Shown: positions 1 through 10,574 of the stretch, in pieces
Layout: each line of letters opens with the position of its first letter
How positions within the stretch are numbered: the first letter of the stretch is position 1
DNA from: Epithemia pelagica
Lineage: Eukaryota; Protista; Bacillariophyta
Direction of reading: 5' to 3'
Assembly (NCBI GenBank): GCA_946965045.2
Contig: OX337228.1
Coordinates: forward strand, 2,604,001 to 2,668,000
Length of the DNA: 64,000 nt
Translations under genes and position numbers: made by a program
Notes under the pieces: generated by a model
The model's database searches: none
What the model was told of the DNA's origin: nothing
What the model saw: the letters and a program-made list of their open reading frames with translations, nothing else

Positions 1-179
1 AATTGTGTGCTCCTCACGTTCGAAGTCTGAGGAGAATGACTGAGCTGGGACGTGCAGGCTTGATGGGGGAACGCCTGGCGGGTGGCTTGCGCGCTCTAGC
101 CATCTGCTCAGAGAACTAAGAGTTCCACCTGCGAGACACACCAACCCAGTACAAACAAAGAAATTGACCTACTCCTCTA
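1..179. repeat. Split direct repeat, A2 copy (partial, cut by the window edge)
   Basis: Identical to 7538-7717 except for a 1-nt indel in a G-run (5 vs 6 G). Confidence 0.9.
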
Positions 180-446
180 AGACACACCAACCCAGTACAA
201 ACAACGAAGGGACCCTGCGAACACACACTGTGCGTGTGTCCCTTCGGTGTTCTCTTGAGGTCCGCACAGTTCTGCTAGTGCTAGACTGACTGGATGTTCT
301 AGGTGACATAGTCAGACTAGAGGGTGTGAGATATCTTAGTAGAGCTAGGGATCCTAGGAAGATATCGCACATGTGCCGAAAGGCCACAAGAACCGATGGC
401 TCCACACCATCAATGTGAGTGGCCGGAAGTGGGCGAGTGAGGAGAG

Positions 447-1841
447 TTAGAAGGCGATCCGAAGTTGGCTGGTGAAGGCGGCGAATGGAACTGGGCCATC
501 TAATGTGGTTTCTTCGGGTGATTCCATGGCTGCTTCGGTGTTGAGTTGGAGTGGTATGGAATTGTCGGTGGATGTGTCGCCGTTTTGAAGACTGTGGGTG
601 TGAGTGTGGTCGTGACGAACGGGAGGGGCGAGGCGAGCACCGTCGGAGTGTCGATAGTCTAATGTTGTGAGCATTAGTTTTGAGAGATTGGAGGTCCACT
701 CGAGGACTTGGGGGCGGATGTAGCGCATGAATGCGCTACTGCTCCATCGGCCGAGAATCATGATTTTCATGATCGATGCATTGGCGAGGAAAAGAGCCAT
801 CGCGGCTCCGGATCGGATGGAGTGGGTACCGATGTCTTGGGGGTTGTAGCCGAACGCTTCTTTTCCGCCACCTGACGCGCAGGTTGTTCTGAGAAGATTG
901 CGGACGTCTTCTTGACGGATGAAGCGAGGGCGAGGGCGTTTGGTCGGGGAGGACGAGGTTGGTGGTGGGAACCAACAATTCACCGGTGTGGAAGGCGGGG
1001 CCTTCGGGTGGTTGATGAGGATGCGACGTACGATCTTGCCCCAGATGAGGACGGGGTCAAGGATGGGGTCGGAGGTGCGGCTCTGGGTACGAGTTTCATG
1101 TTTCTTGTTGTTTTTCTGGTCTTCGAAAGTGATGGATACGAAGTGGGCTTCGGTTTCGAAGGTTGGGTCTAGTGGATCGATGCGAGAGCGTTTGTCGTCG
1201 TTTCTTGTGAAGACGATGTTGCCGATGCAGAGGAGTTTCGTCTTGCCGCGATGTGGGACGGTTGTGTACTCGCATGATCGCATGGCGACGAAAAATCCAC
1301 CGCAAGCGAGTTCTGCAGTACAGGCGGCGAAAGAGGTGTCGTCGTAGGGGATGCGGAAGGTGATTGGTTTGGGTTTGGAGGATGGGGAGGGGCGGTGGGT
1401 GTCGTTCCACATCCAGAGGAGGTGTTTTGGGGTGGCGGCTTTTTCGCGTTTTTCCGGTGGGTCGAGGTTGGACCATGCTCGTTTGAGCGAGCTGACCAGG
1501 GGATGGAGGGTCGACTGGTCTTGTCCGTGACAGGGGCTTGACCGGTCGTGATCCCTGAAGACCGCCACCAGGTGGCTAACGGCTTGCGTGAGAGGGCCTG
1601 CGCGAAGAGGTTCCTCTCGTCCCTGCGTCCAGTGGGCCTCACGGAGTCGTTGGAGGAAGCTGCAGACAATGGCGGCTCGATGGTTGTGGGATGGGATGGA
1701 GTCGAGGAACTGGTCGTTGGAGAATCCGATGGAGGAGAGGAATTCGTCCCAGCGGCGCCAGGTTCGGTCTCGGTCTTGGTGGCAGCCTTCTGTTTTTCCG
1801 AAGAAGATTCGGGAGATCTCGGAGCGACGGAGGAGATCCAA
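447..1841 (-). CDS. Tyrosine recombinase of the retrotransposon
   Basis: Motifs MRSCEY (R), HSIRSGAA (HxxR) and LGRWSSSAFMRY (H/W...Y). Overlaps the RNase H ORF by 673 nt in another frame, as is typical of DIRS elements. Confidence 0.93.
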   Translation of the reverse strand: MDLLRRSEISRIFFGKTEGCHQDRDRTWRRWDEFLSSIGFSNDQFLDSIPSHNHRAAIVCSFLQRLREAHWTQGREEPLRAGPLTQAVSHLVAVFRDHDRSSPCHGQDQSTLHPLVSSLKRAWSNLDPPEKREKAATPKHLLWMWNDTHRPSPSSKPKPITFRIPYDDTSFAACTAELACGGFFVAMRSCEYTTVPHRGKTKLLCIGNIVFTRNDDKRSRIDPLDPTFETEAHFVSITFEDQKNNKKHETRTQSRTSDPILDPVLIWGKIVRRILINHPKAPPSTPVNCWFPPPTSSSPTKRPRPRFIRQEDVRNLLRTTCASGGGKEAFGYNPQDIGTHSIRSGAAMALFLANASIMKIMILGRWSSSAFMRYIRPQVLEWTSNLSKLMLTTLDYRHSDGARLAPPVRHDHTHTHSLQNGDTSTDNSIPLQLNTEAAMESPEETTLDGPVPFAAFTSQLRIAF

Positions 1842-4309
1842 GACGAGATTTCTTTGGGGAGCTGTCTGATGCGAAAATGGTGAGGAATCTGTGATCGGTA
1901 AGAGTCGTGCAGAAAGGTGGTGAGAGAAGCGTCGTCGAGGTCAAAGCAACGTGAGAGGATGTCTGCGACGTTGTTGTCGCGTCCTGGGATGTGTTCGGCC
2001 TGTAAGGCGAATTTGTGCTCGAGTGTAAGGGAGGCGAGTTTGTGTGCGACTTTGGCATGGAGGGGCTTCGAGGAGCCGAAGGACGATTTGTGGAGCCATC
2101 CGACAGCGGAGCTGTTGTCGGAGAGGCAGAGGGCGGAATCGTCGGGTTGGATGATTGCTTGGGAGCAGTCAATCCAGAGGGTAACCACGATGGCAATGAA
2201 CTCGAATAGGTTGTTGAGGTGGAGTTTAGCAGGTGGTTTGTTGTTGGGTTGTTTCGATGCTTCGATGCTTCCGGGGAGGAAGCCCGCGGCGAATTGTTGT
2301 GGGTCGATCTGGAGTCGCCAGGCGAGTCCAGAGCGAACGGAAAAACCTCCGAGGCCGGTTGGACAAGAGTCGGAGAGGAGGAGGTGGTTGGGACGACGTG
2401 TCGTGAGGAGGTTGAGTGAGATGCCCTCGTTGGAGTATTTGAGTAAGGTAGGCCAAAATTCCAGGTCGGAAATGACTGCTGGTGGGAAGGAATATCGGTA
2501 CCATGGAGGGGGTTTGTCACGAGAGTGGCAACGATTGGAGGACGTTTCGCGTGAATGGTCGCCTGAGGTTTGGGAGGCTTTGAATTTTCGGTCGATGGAC
2601 GTTTTGAATTCGTGAAGCCGGTTGAGCCAGTAGCCTGAAAGGGGAATGCCTTTGATGGAATGTTGGAGGCGGCCTATGAGACTGCTGAGGTCGTCATAGG
2701 TCGTTTTACGAGAGGCGATGGCGGATCGAACGGCTTTGACCCAATTGAGATATTTGTCGTCGGGAAGACGGAGGAGGAGTCGACGGGTGTCAAGGATCCA
2801 TCCTAGGACGCGTTGGGTTTCGCTGGGGGAGCCTTCTGCTGTGAGTTTGCTGGTTTCCAACATCTTGCAACGGAGAGTGGGTTCATCTGGCGCCACTGGT
2901 CGGGAGAGGAGGTGGACAGCGAGGGGAACGATGTTTGGGGCCCAGGCGAGATGTTCTTCTTTGTCGAGGAAGGTTTGTATCATGTCGTCGAGAAAGACGT
3001 CATGAAACCCATGGGGTCAAGGTGGAATGAAGACACCGAGGGGGCGGCCTTGGCCGAAGGGGATGTCCAAGGGAAGGCGACGGGGAGGGCCAACTTCCGA
3101 TTGTTGAGGGGAGTGACAGTGGGAGGGATCCCAATCTTGGAAGTCGGCGATGTCATTGCAGAGGTCTGTGCACATTTCAGTGGTGACGCAGAATTCTGCG
3201 GGGTTGGCCATACCGCCGAAGGTGAGACGGAGTCCTATGTGACAGAAGTCGCCGGAGGGATCGATAGTGAAGCAGCGTGCGGCGACGTCGCCATCACCAG
3301 TGATGCGTCTGTAGGCTGATGCCCAGTCAAATTTGCAAATGAAAATAGACTTTCGTGGGTAGTGGAGCCGAAGGGACACTATTTGGTGGGTGAGACGATC
3401 GAGGCAGTGGCCGTAAACTAGATCGATAAGTCCTTTAGGGTCTATTATGTCGTTTAGGGATGGACAATAGCCGAAGGAGAAGGTTTGATCGTGAGTAAGG
3501 CGATCTTTTGGAATAAGTTCACCGCGTTCATCTATGCCAAATTGGTGAGCTACACCGAGGGGGCTGATGCGGCCTTTTTGGATTCGCCGAGCGCAGTCGA
3601 ATGTAATCGGGAGAGAGTAGCCACGAGAGGAGTCCTTTCGGATGACTTTGTTGATGGCGGCGGGGTTTTTCTTCCCTGAGGCGTGATTGCCGTATTCAAT
3701 CATGGCTTTGTTTTTGCGAAGTCTGGTGGGTTCGAATTCCTCGGCGAGAAGAGGGAAAGTAACTCCTTTAGAGAGTTGGTGAAGGAACCGAGGCCAGAAT
3801 GGGTGATGGCTGAGGAGAGGTTCGAGGGTGGAAGGGGCGCGAAACTCGGAGCCTGGACTGATGATAGAGCCTGGGTGGGCGTATATCAATGATTGGAGGT
3901 TGAAGGCGTAAGAGGCTATCAGATTGGAGTTGGCTAGGGCGTTTTGTTTACCGATAGTAGCGTCGGAGATAGGATAGAGAAAGGGTGAACCCTTGGGGGT
4001 GGGAGGGATATCCGAAGAAATTGACTGTAGGACGTTGAGAGAGAGAGGACGTGTTGGTTTTGAGAGACGAGGGGGGAAGATTTGAAAGTCAAAGAGCTTC
4101 GATATCTCGTGGGGGAGGTAGGAGGAATAATCGCCAAGAAGAGGAGGAATACGGAACTTACCGAGCATCTTGGAGTGACCTGATAGGGCGGAGTCAAGGC
4201 GACAAAGGTTGCGTTCTAGGGGTTTTCCAGAGAGTTCATGCCCGAGAATTGCTGAAGCACTGCCTGGGAGAGAGGATGAAGGGGAAGAAGAGGACGATAC
4301 TGGAGGCAA
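1169..4309 (-). pseudogene. Reverse transcriptase/RNase H (pol) interrupted by one in-frame TGA at 3017-3019
   Basis: ORFs 3017..4309 and 1169..2983 are in the same frame. RT motifs: KFDWASAYRRI, RLTFGGMANP and FLDD (2984-2995). RNase H motifs: SDSCPTGLGG, NNLFEFIAI, SDNSSAV and HIPGRDNNVADILSR. Confidence 0.9.
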
Positions 4310-4639
4310 TTGGGGGTCAAATCTGGTGGTCTGGAAAGAGGATGGAGGGGCAAAGGAGACGGATGGGGCTCTGGGAGTCTTGGGAGGGAAAACTGCATTG
4401 GAAATGTCCGAGAAAGGGGAGGGATCAATGCTGAGTTGACGAGAAGAGTGGGAGAAGAGGATGGGATCCTTGCCTTTGGGGATGGGAAGATTTTGTGATG
4501 CCGAGGGTGGGATTGGAGGGGTCGAGGCATGAGGACGTGTTTGGTGGGTGGACTGTTTGGTCGATGAGAGGGGGAAGGGTGAAATGGGAGATGGGACAGT
4601 CGGGGTAGGGACAGAGAGAGCAAACAGTCCGGTTTGGCG

Positions 4640-6709
4640 TCAAGATTGGGATGAATAGGTGGAGGAGTAGAACTCGTTCATCGCCTCTGTCTTGTTGTGT
4701 GACGCTGGATCGTCATGGCAGAAGGTACAAGAGGATCCTTTCTTGCATTTTCCTGTGGAAAAGAGGAGGTTGCAAAAGGGGATATCTTTTTCGCCTTTCC
4801 GAATCTTGGGGATGTTAGATAGAACGGAACGAGTGAAAGTGCGACGGTAGTCGCGATTGCTCGGGAGTTTCCATTCGGAAGGGGGCGAGAAAGTACTCGG
4901 TGTAACCTTGGAGGACGAAGATCTGGTCGAAGTCGAAGTGGATGAGTTGTTGGTGTTGGGACGTTTGGAGGAGGGAGTTTCCGAGGGAGGGGAAGGAGAG
5001 GAACGTTTGCGGTCGGAGGAGTGTTCGAATTTCTCCTTAAATTTGGCTTCGAGGTATGCTGGGAGACGGCCCATGGGAATGTCGTTTTCGACAGCGAAGA
5101 TGATATAGTCGAAGTGATTTATGGTGTCTTGAAAATTGATCGAACGGACATCTGTGGGGTTATTGAGATTGGAGATGAAACGTTGAAGACCTCGATCAAC
5201 CATAAAAAGGACTTGGGCAAACCAGCGACCATCTTGGGAGGTTTGGTTGTTGGCTATATAAGCGGATTTGTGGTGATAGAAATGATTGAGGACGCGAAGA
5301 ATTTGGGTAGCGAGGAAGCATTTCTCACCGAACAAACCTTTGACTAGGCACCAAAAGGAGCGAAGTTGAGCTTCAAATTCTGTGTCGACTCGGGGGAAGT
5401 GGAGATTATGATCGGAGTAGATACCTTGGAGATCGACGGATTTGAAGTCGTTTATATGATGGATACTGGCTTCATGAATCTTCTGACGAATACCACGGTC
5501 TAAGGCATTGGAGTTGTCTAGACCAGGAATGGCATGAGGGTCGAAAGAAAATGGAGAGAAACCTCCTGGACAAGCTTCGTTCTTCCATCGAATGCCGAAT
5601 CGTTGGATGATTGGGACTTGGCCAAAAATGAGGGAACATGGGTTGTCAAGAGGGGAAAAGACCTCGGCCATGAGGGTCTCGTAAAACGTTGTGGTATTCT
5701 TCAGTTTCCAAAGTTTCTTGACGATCGGGGAGAGTTCGGACGGGAGATCTTCGTCGTAGGAAGTGATGGAGGCGAGTTTGAGATTCTGTTGGAAAACCTG
5801 AGCTATGTCACGGAAGAGGCTCTTGGAGGAAGGAGTGGTCAAATCATCTTCGTCAGTTTTTGAATTAGAACGAAGAGCAGAGACGGTCTCTTTCATCATG
5901 AGGAACTCAGGGGAGACATAGAAAATGTTGCCAGCGTCATCAGTAGTACGAACTTTTCCGGAATTGAGATCTTGAGAGGAAGAAGGAAGGGAAGAACCTT
6001 GGGAAGAGGAACGAGACGTCTTAGAGATCGAGGCCGGAGCTGATTTGGAATGAGACAAGCGAGGGGGAGAAGCTAGATGCTCAGGGAAGTTGATCTTCCG
6101 ATGAGAATGGAAGGCTGAAATCGCTTGAGGAAAGTTCAAAGGTCTTGAGGGAACAAGAGGGGTAATCAGTCGGGGATTGTGGTGAATCACCCAAAGGAAG
6201 CGGAAGATCTTACGGAAGGGCTTGAAGAGTTGGTGGTCCCAGCTAAGGCTTGGAGGGGGTGAATCTTCCGAGGGAGGGGGAAGGGAAATCAACCATTGGA
6301 TCAAGATATGATGAAAAAGGAAGGAGCATGTAGACGAGGCCGTGGGAATTCGATGTTTGGAGTGGAAGGAAAGGATCGAATCGGGAGGGCGAGGTTGAGA
6401 GATGTCTAGATAGTCAATGAGGAAGCCGGAAATGAAGGGAGGAAGAAGAATCAAGCTGCAGCAACCAAAGTTGTGAATCAACGAGTTGGCATCTTCGGAA
6501 GAAGGAGGAGCAAGAGATTCAAACTTGTCTTCGTTGAAGCGGAACTTCAAGGAGGCTTGGGGGTCTTCGTCAGGGATCGTTTGGACGCAAGCGTCGAAGA
6601 TTTCCTTGAACGAACAAACGAACGTTGGACCATTGGCGAAGGGGGAGAAGATCATCGAGATCAGAAGGGACAATCGAGAAGGGGGGACAATCGAAGGAAG
6701 AGTGATCAA
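4640..6709 (-). CDS. Gag-like ORF1 with C-terminal CCCH zinc finger
   Basis: C-x8-C-x5-C-x3-H (CNLLFSTGKCKKGSSCTFCH) at 4715-4774; lies upstream of pol on the same strand. Confidence 0.8.
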   Translation of the reverse strand: MITLPSIVPPSRLSLLISMIFSPFANGPTFVCSFKEIFDACVQTIPDEDPQASLKFRFNEDKFESLAPPSSEDANSLIHNFGCCSLILLPPFISGFLIDYLDISQPRPPDSILSFHSKHRIPTASSTCSFLFHHILIQWLISLPPPSEDSPPPSLSWDHQLFKPFRKIFRFLWVIHHNPRLITPLVPSRPLNFPQAISAFHSHRKINFPEHLASPPRLSHSKSAPASISKTSRSSSQGSSLPSSSQDLNSGKVRTTDDAGNIFYVSPEFLMMKETVSALRSNSKTDEDDLTTPSSKSLFRDIAQVFQQNLKLASITSYDEDLPSELSPIVKKLWKLKNTTTFYETLMAEVFSPLDNPCSLIFGQVPIIQRFGIRWKNEACPGGFSPFSFDPHAIPGLDNSNALDRGIRQKIHEASIHHINDFKSVDLQGIYSDHNLHFPRVDTEFEAQLRSFWCLVKGLFGEKCFLATQILRVLNHFYHHKSAYIANNQTSQDGRWFAQVLFMVDRGLQRFISNLNNPTDVRSINFQDTINHFDYIIFAVENDIPMGRLPAYLEAKFKEKFEHSSDRKRSSPSPPSETPSSKRPNTNNSSTSTSTRSSSSKVTPSTFSPPSEWKLPSNRDYRRTFTRSVLSNIPKIRKGEKDIPFCNLLFSTGKCKKGSSCTFCHDDPASHNKTEAMNEFYSSTYSSQS

Positions 6710-7454
6710 GAGCTAAGAATTCGAGGGAAGGATTGGCAACGGTTCCGGAATCGGGATTCAGAATCATATTGTGGATGACTGAGGGGGATTTGGAACGGGA
6801 GCAACCAAGAAAAGCTGAAGCAAATGATTTCGTCTTCGTGGCAAGCCAGGAGTGGAGATCGTCAGGACAGATCGCATTGGCAAAGGATTGTTGGAGAGTA
6901 TCCCATTTTGAAGGGTCACGCGAGATCTCGAGGTGGAAGGAAGTTGAAAAGGCGTCACACCAGTCCGTGGGAGGAATGGAGGAGAGGCGGTTGACAACAT
7001 TGTCAAAACGATCGTTCTCCTTGGGGGGAAAGTCCGGGAGGAGGAACATGGCGAATCGGCGATCCAACAAGGAGGAGAGGAAAGGAGAAGTATGATTGCT
7101 AAAGGAAGCGGGATCAACTTCGTCTCCGTTACCAGTACCGTCGGTATTGGAATCCTTGGAGTGGGAAGGAGGGTTCTTCTTCTTGGAGGAAGCGGGTTTC
7201 TTGGAACCGGAGTCATCGTTGGTGGTGGGGTGGCCTTCGGGGGAGAGGTTACCATCAGCGTCAAGGACTTGAACAAAGTCATCATCGGGAGGAAGAGGAT
7301 CCTCGAGACGAGCTTGAAATGGATCCTGGCGCAGCGAAGGGTGATTCGGGTTAGGAAGACCACCGAACAAAGAACGAAGGTTGCGAAAGGTCGCGCGAGA
7401 GTTCTCATCAGAACAACGGGAAGGGGACGGGATAGAGTTGTCGGGAATCGTCAT
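6570..7454 (-). CDS. Additional upstream ORF (ORF0) of the retrotransposon, unknown function
   Basis: 294-aa ORF inside the element, overlapping ORF1 by 140 nt; no recognisable motif. Confidence 0.5.
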   Translation of the reverse strand: MTIPDNSIPSPSRCSDENSRATFRNLRSLFGGLPNPNHPSLRQDPFQARLEDPLPPDDDFVQVLDADGNLSPEGHPTTNDDSGSKKPASSKKKNPPSHSKDSNTDGTGNGDEVDPASFSNHTSPFLSSLLDRRFAMFLLPDFPPKENDRFDNVVNRLSSIPPTDWCDAFSTSFHLEISRDPSKWDTLQQSFANAICPDDLHSWLATKTKSFASAFLGCSRSKSPSVIHNMILNPDSGTVANPSLEFLALDHSSFDCPPFSIVPSDLDDLLPLRQWSNVRLFVQGNLRRLRPNDP

Positions 7455-7537
7455 GGTGAAGAGCCTAGGAAGTTTTTAAAGCTAGAGAACTTTACAGGAC
7501 CTTCTCGGAGACTGGTTGCTGAAAAGCTCGTTCCAAG

Positions 7538-7717
7538 AATTGTGTGCTCCTCACGTTCGAAGTCTGAGGAGAATGACTGAGCTGGGACGTGCAGGCTTGA
7601 TGGGGGGAACGCCTGGCGGGTGGCTTGCGCGCTCTAGCCATCTGCTCAGAGAACTAAGAGTTCCACCTGCGAGACACACCAACCCAGTACAAACAAAGAA
7701 ATTGACCTACTCCTCTA
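7538..7717. repeat. Split direct repeat, A1 copy (5' end of the element on the minus strand)
   Basis: Direct repeat of 1-179. The true inner boundary may lie left of 7538 but cannot be checked because the other copy is truncated by the window. Confidence 0.9.
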
Positions 7718-8181
7718 GCCAACAAAGAGAAAGAAATTGACCTACTTATCTAGTAGAGGCACTACATACTCGGCGCTAGGCATTACCCCCAAGCAGGTGT
7801 GAGTCCTGGTCGCACATAGGTCGTACCTAAAGGTGCACATCGTGCATTCAATCACGCGTGACCTGGGATACTCGGTATTTTCTGTGGACGAGCTACAAAC
7901 ATAGACAAACCTCCACAAACTGTAGGTCGCATAGACATTTTGTTGTTGTACTGTACATATTATTACAGTTATAAAACGTTAATTTATAATACCCTCTTTG
8001 CGGCCTTGCGCATTGTAAATGAATGTTGACATTTGTTGAGCGTGCCGGAGACCTAAGTAGACAAATGGACACTTCTAAGTAGGAATATTAGGCCCCAGTT
8101 TTTGGCGACATCTCAGTCCCGAGTGTAACAAAGAGCCAGTCACAGTTTACAACAACAGAGACGGAATGAAATTTCGCATCG

Positions 8182-8533
8182 ACAAATCCACAAATCCACA
8201 AATCCACAAATCCACAAATCCACAAATCCACAAATCCACAAATCCACAAATCCACAAATCCACAAATCCACAAATCCACAAATCCACAAATCCACAAATC
8301 CACAAATCCACAAATCCACAAATCCACAAATCCACAAATCCACAAATCCACAAATCCACAAATCCACAAATCCACAAATCCACAAATCCACAAATCCACA
8401 AATCCACAAATCCACAAATCCACAAATCCACAAATCCACAAATCCACAAATCCACAAATCCACAAATCCACAAATCCACAAATCCACAAATCCACAAATC
8501 CACAAATCCACAAATCCACAAATCCACAAATCC
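8182..8533 (+). repeat. Tandem array (ACAAATCC)x44
   Basis: Perfect 8-bp repeat over 352 nt inside the left arm. Confidence 0.97.
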
Positions 8534-8678
8534 ACAAACGACGCAACAACACAAATCACGCAACAACACAAATCACGCAACAATCAAACAACTCATTGTC
8601 TTGTTGTTGTTCCTTTGTGGTTCCACGAAATGGTGGTCTTCATCCTCCTCCTCCTGGATGGTTTGGTTGGGTTCATTG

Positions 8679-9540
8679 TTGAGCTGTGTCCAGCGTCAAG
8701 CGCTTGAGGAGCTCCAGCACAGATAGGGTGTTGCTTGAGAACTCAAGCTCAAGCACCCAGACTACGGGAAAGTCCCAAAACGTCCTCATTCATCTGCCTT
8801 CACACCTTTCCAAAATGGCCGAGAACTCCAGTGATGATGAGAATGAGTCATCATACCATCCAGATGATGATAATGATGAACAAGTGTCCGAAGAGGACCT
8901 AATAGCAGATGACAGTGATGATGGTCAGAAAAGTAAAATGTCGAGTTTGAAGTCAGTGACATGCTGTGAGAAATGATGGATGACGAAGAGGATGACAATG
9001 GAGAGTCCAGGAAGAGGTATAGTGGAGGGGTATCCTATGCTACCATCTGCCATCTTGAAATTGACAAGTTCTGTACAACGGCAGGACTGAAAATGTACTA
9101 CGTGAACAAGGCTGGGAAGAAAGTTGCACAAGATCCTTTGCTCTCTTGGAAAGGAAAGGCAAGTGAGTTTCCCAATATTTGGCGACTTGCTCTGAAGTAT
9201 CTTGCCATGCCGGCAACAGCAGCCTCCTCTGAACGGGCATTCAGTATTGCTGGCCTGATAATCACGCCAAAACAATCATCCTTCGATCCTTCAACAGTTT
9301 CTGATCTCCATTTTTGGCGTGAGAACTAGGAAAGTATATTCTAGCAGAGTTTCCATAGCATATCATTTACATAATAAGAGTAGTTACCATTTCATTAGAG
9401 GTACTGCGATGAGTCTATTGTCATAGTTTCCCGTGTAAGCCCTTTTCGCTGCCGCTTGAGCGCTTGAATTTGGTCTCGGCTCAAGCGTTCAAGCGCTTGA
9501 GTTCTCCAGCAGAAAAAAGCTGTTGCTGGACACAGCTCTA
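8679..9540 (+). mobile_element. Non-autonomous hAT element (862 bp) nested in the foldback element
   Basis: 16-bp TIRs T(T/A)GAGCTGTGTCCAGC (15/16). 8-bp TSD GTTCATTG at 8671-8678 and 9541-9548. Subterminal TCAAGC/GCTTGA repeats. Confidence 0.9.
8973..9329 (+). pseudogene. hAT transposase C-terminal dimerisation-domain remnant
   Basis: SWKGKASEFPNIWRLALKYLAMPATAASSERAFSIAG matches the hAT WW...FP.L..LA..YL..PATS..SER.FS.AG motif. Confidence 0.88.
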
Positions 9541-10082
9541 GTTCATTGTGTTCATTCCTTGATTCGTGGGTTGTTGCATCATTCTTCTTCTTGTTTGATC
9601 AAGTCTGTTTCTTGTCATTGTCGTTGTCCCTTGGCCCCATCCACTCCTCCTCGTCCTCCTTCATCATGATGGAGCTGTGATTCCCCAGGTCGATCGTCGT
9701 TCTCATTGTCGTCATTCCGTTGGACAATGGCATTGGTTCCACGATGACAATTGCCTCCGGCCCGACATGCCATAGAGGCATACCAATATTTTTGGAGCCC
9801 GAAATGACCTTACCACGCCTTTTGGCTCAGACCATAGCTGGTTGATTTGGTGTTGGTTGCCGCTTCTTGTGTCGGGTCGAAGCAATGCTTGGGACGAGTT
9901 TTGGGGGGCACCAATTCGACTTTACCAAGGTTGAGGGTGCCAAGTCAAGTGGTCTTTGATTGCTGCATTGATAATAGTAATAAAATAAAATTGTTTGATT
10001 GTTGCGTCGTTTGTCTTGTTTCGCCGTTTGTCTTGTTGCGTCGTTTGTCTCGTTGCGTCATTTGTGTTGTTGCGTCGTTTGT

Positions 10083-10226
10083 GGATTTGTGGATTTGTGG
10101 ATTTGTGGATTTGTGGATTTGTGGATTTGTGGATTTGTGGATTTGTGGATTTGTGGATTTGTGGATTTGTGGATTTGTGGATTTGTGGATTTGTGGATTT
10201 GTGGATTTGTGGATTTGTGGATTTGT
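10083..10226 (+). repeat. Tandem array (GGATTTGT)x18, inverted relative to 8182-8533
   Basis: Perfect 8-bp repeat over 144 nt inside the right arm. Confidence 0.97.
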
Positions 10227-10574
10227 CGATGCGAAATTTCATTCCGTCTCTGTTGTTGTAAACTGTGACTGGCTCTTTGTTACACTCGGGACTGAGATGT
10301 CGCCAAAAACTGGGGCCTAATATTCCTACTTAGAAGTGTTCATTTGTCTACTTAGGTCTCCGGCACGCTCAACAAATGTCAACATTCATCTACAATGCGC
10401 AAGGCCGCAAAGAGGGTATTATAAATTAACGTTTTATAACTGTAATAATATGTACAGTACAAAAACAAAATGTCTATGCGACCTACAGTTTGTGGAGGTT
10501 TGTCTATGTTTGCAGCTCGTCCACAGAAAATACCGAGTATCCCTGGTCTTACAATACCTTACGCTACTTACCTA

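Larger units (their letters stand above)
1..7717 (-). mobile_element. Tyrosine-recombinase (DIRS-order, Ngaro/PAT-type) retrotransposon; 3' end extends beyond the window start
   Basis: Minus-strand ORF order is ORF0, gag-like CCCH protein, RT/RNase H, then an overlapping tyrosine recombinase. A direct repeat is present at both 1-179 and 7538-7717, matching the split-direct-repeat arrangement rather than ITRs. Confidence 0.92.
7860..10548. mobile_element. Foldback-like non-autonomous element with long terminal inverted repeats
   Basis: 7860-8181 is the reverse complement of 10227-10548 (322 bp, 5 mismatches by eye). Inverted 8-mer arrays follow, and inverted similarity continues to 8591/9991. 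No TSD found. Confidence 0.8.

Noticed and set aside
1169-1900. Methyltransferase domain after RNase H, as in some DIRS1 elements
   Set aside because: The region is Ser/Pro/Thr-rich and overlaps the recombinase frame; no DPPY/NPPF-like motif.
8182-8533. CRISPR array or telomere
   Set aside because: No spacers; the array is internal, paired with an inverted copy inside TE arms, and does not resemble TTAGGG-type repeats.
8088-10320. ORFs of CGFVDLW or KSTNPQIH repeats
   Set aside because: Artefacts of translating the stop-free 8-mer arrays in several frames; not genes.
7850-10560. TSD for the foldback element
   Set aside because: Flanks checked at both candidate boundaries (7860/10548 and 7863/10545) share no direct repeat of 2-10 bp.
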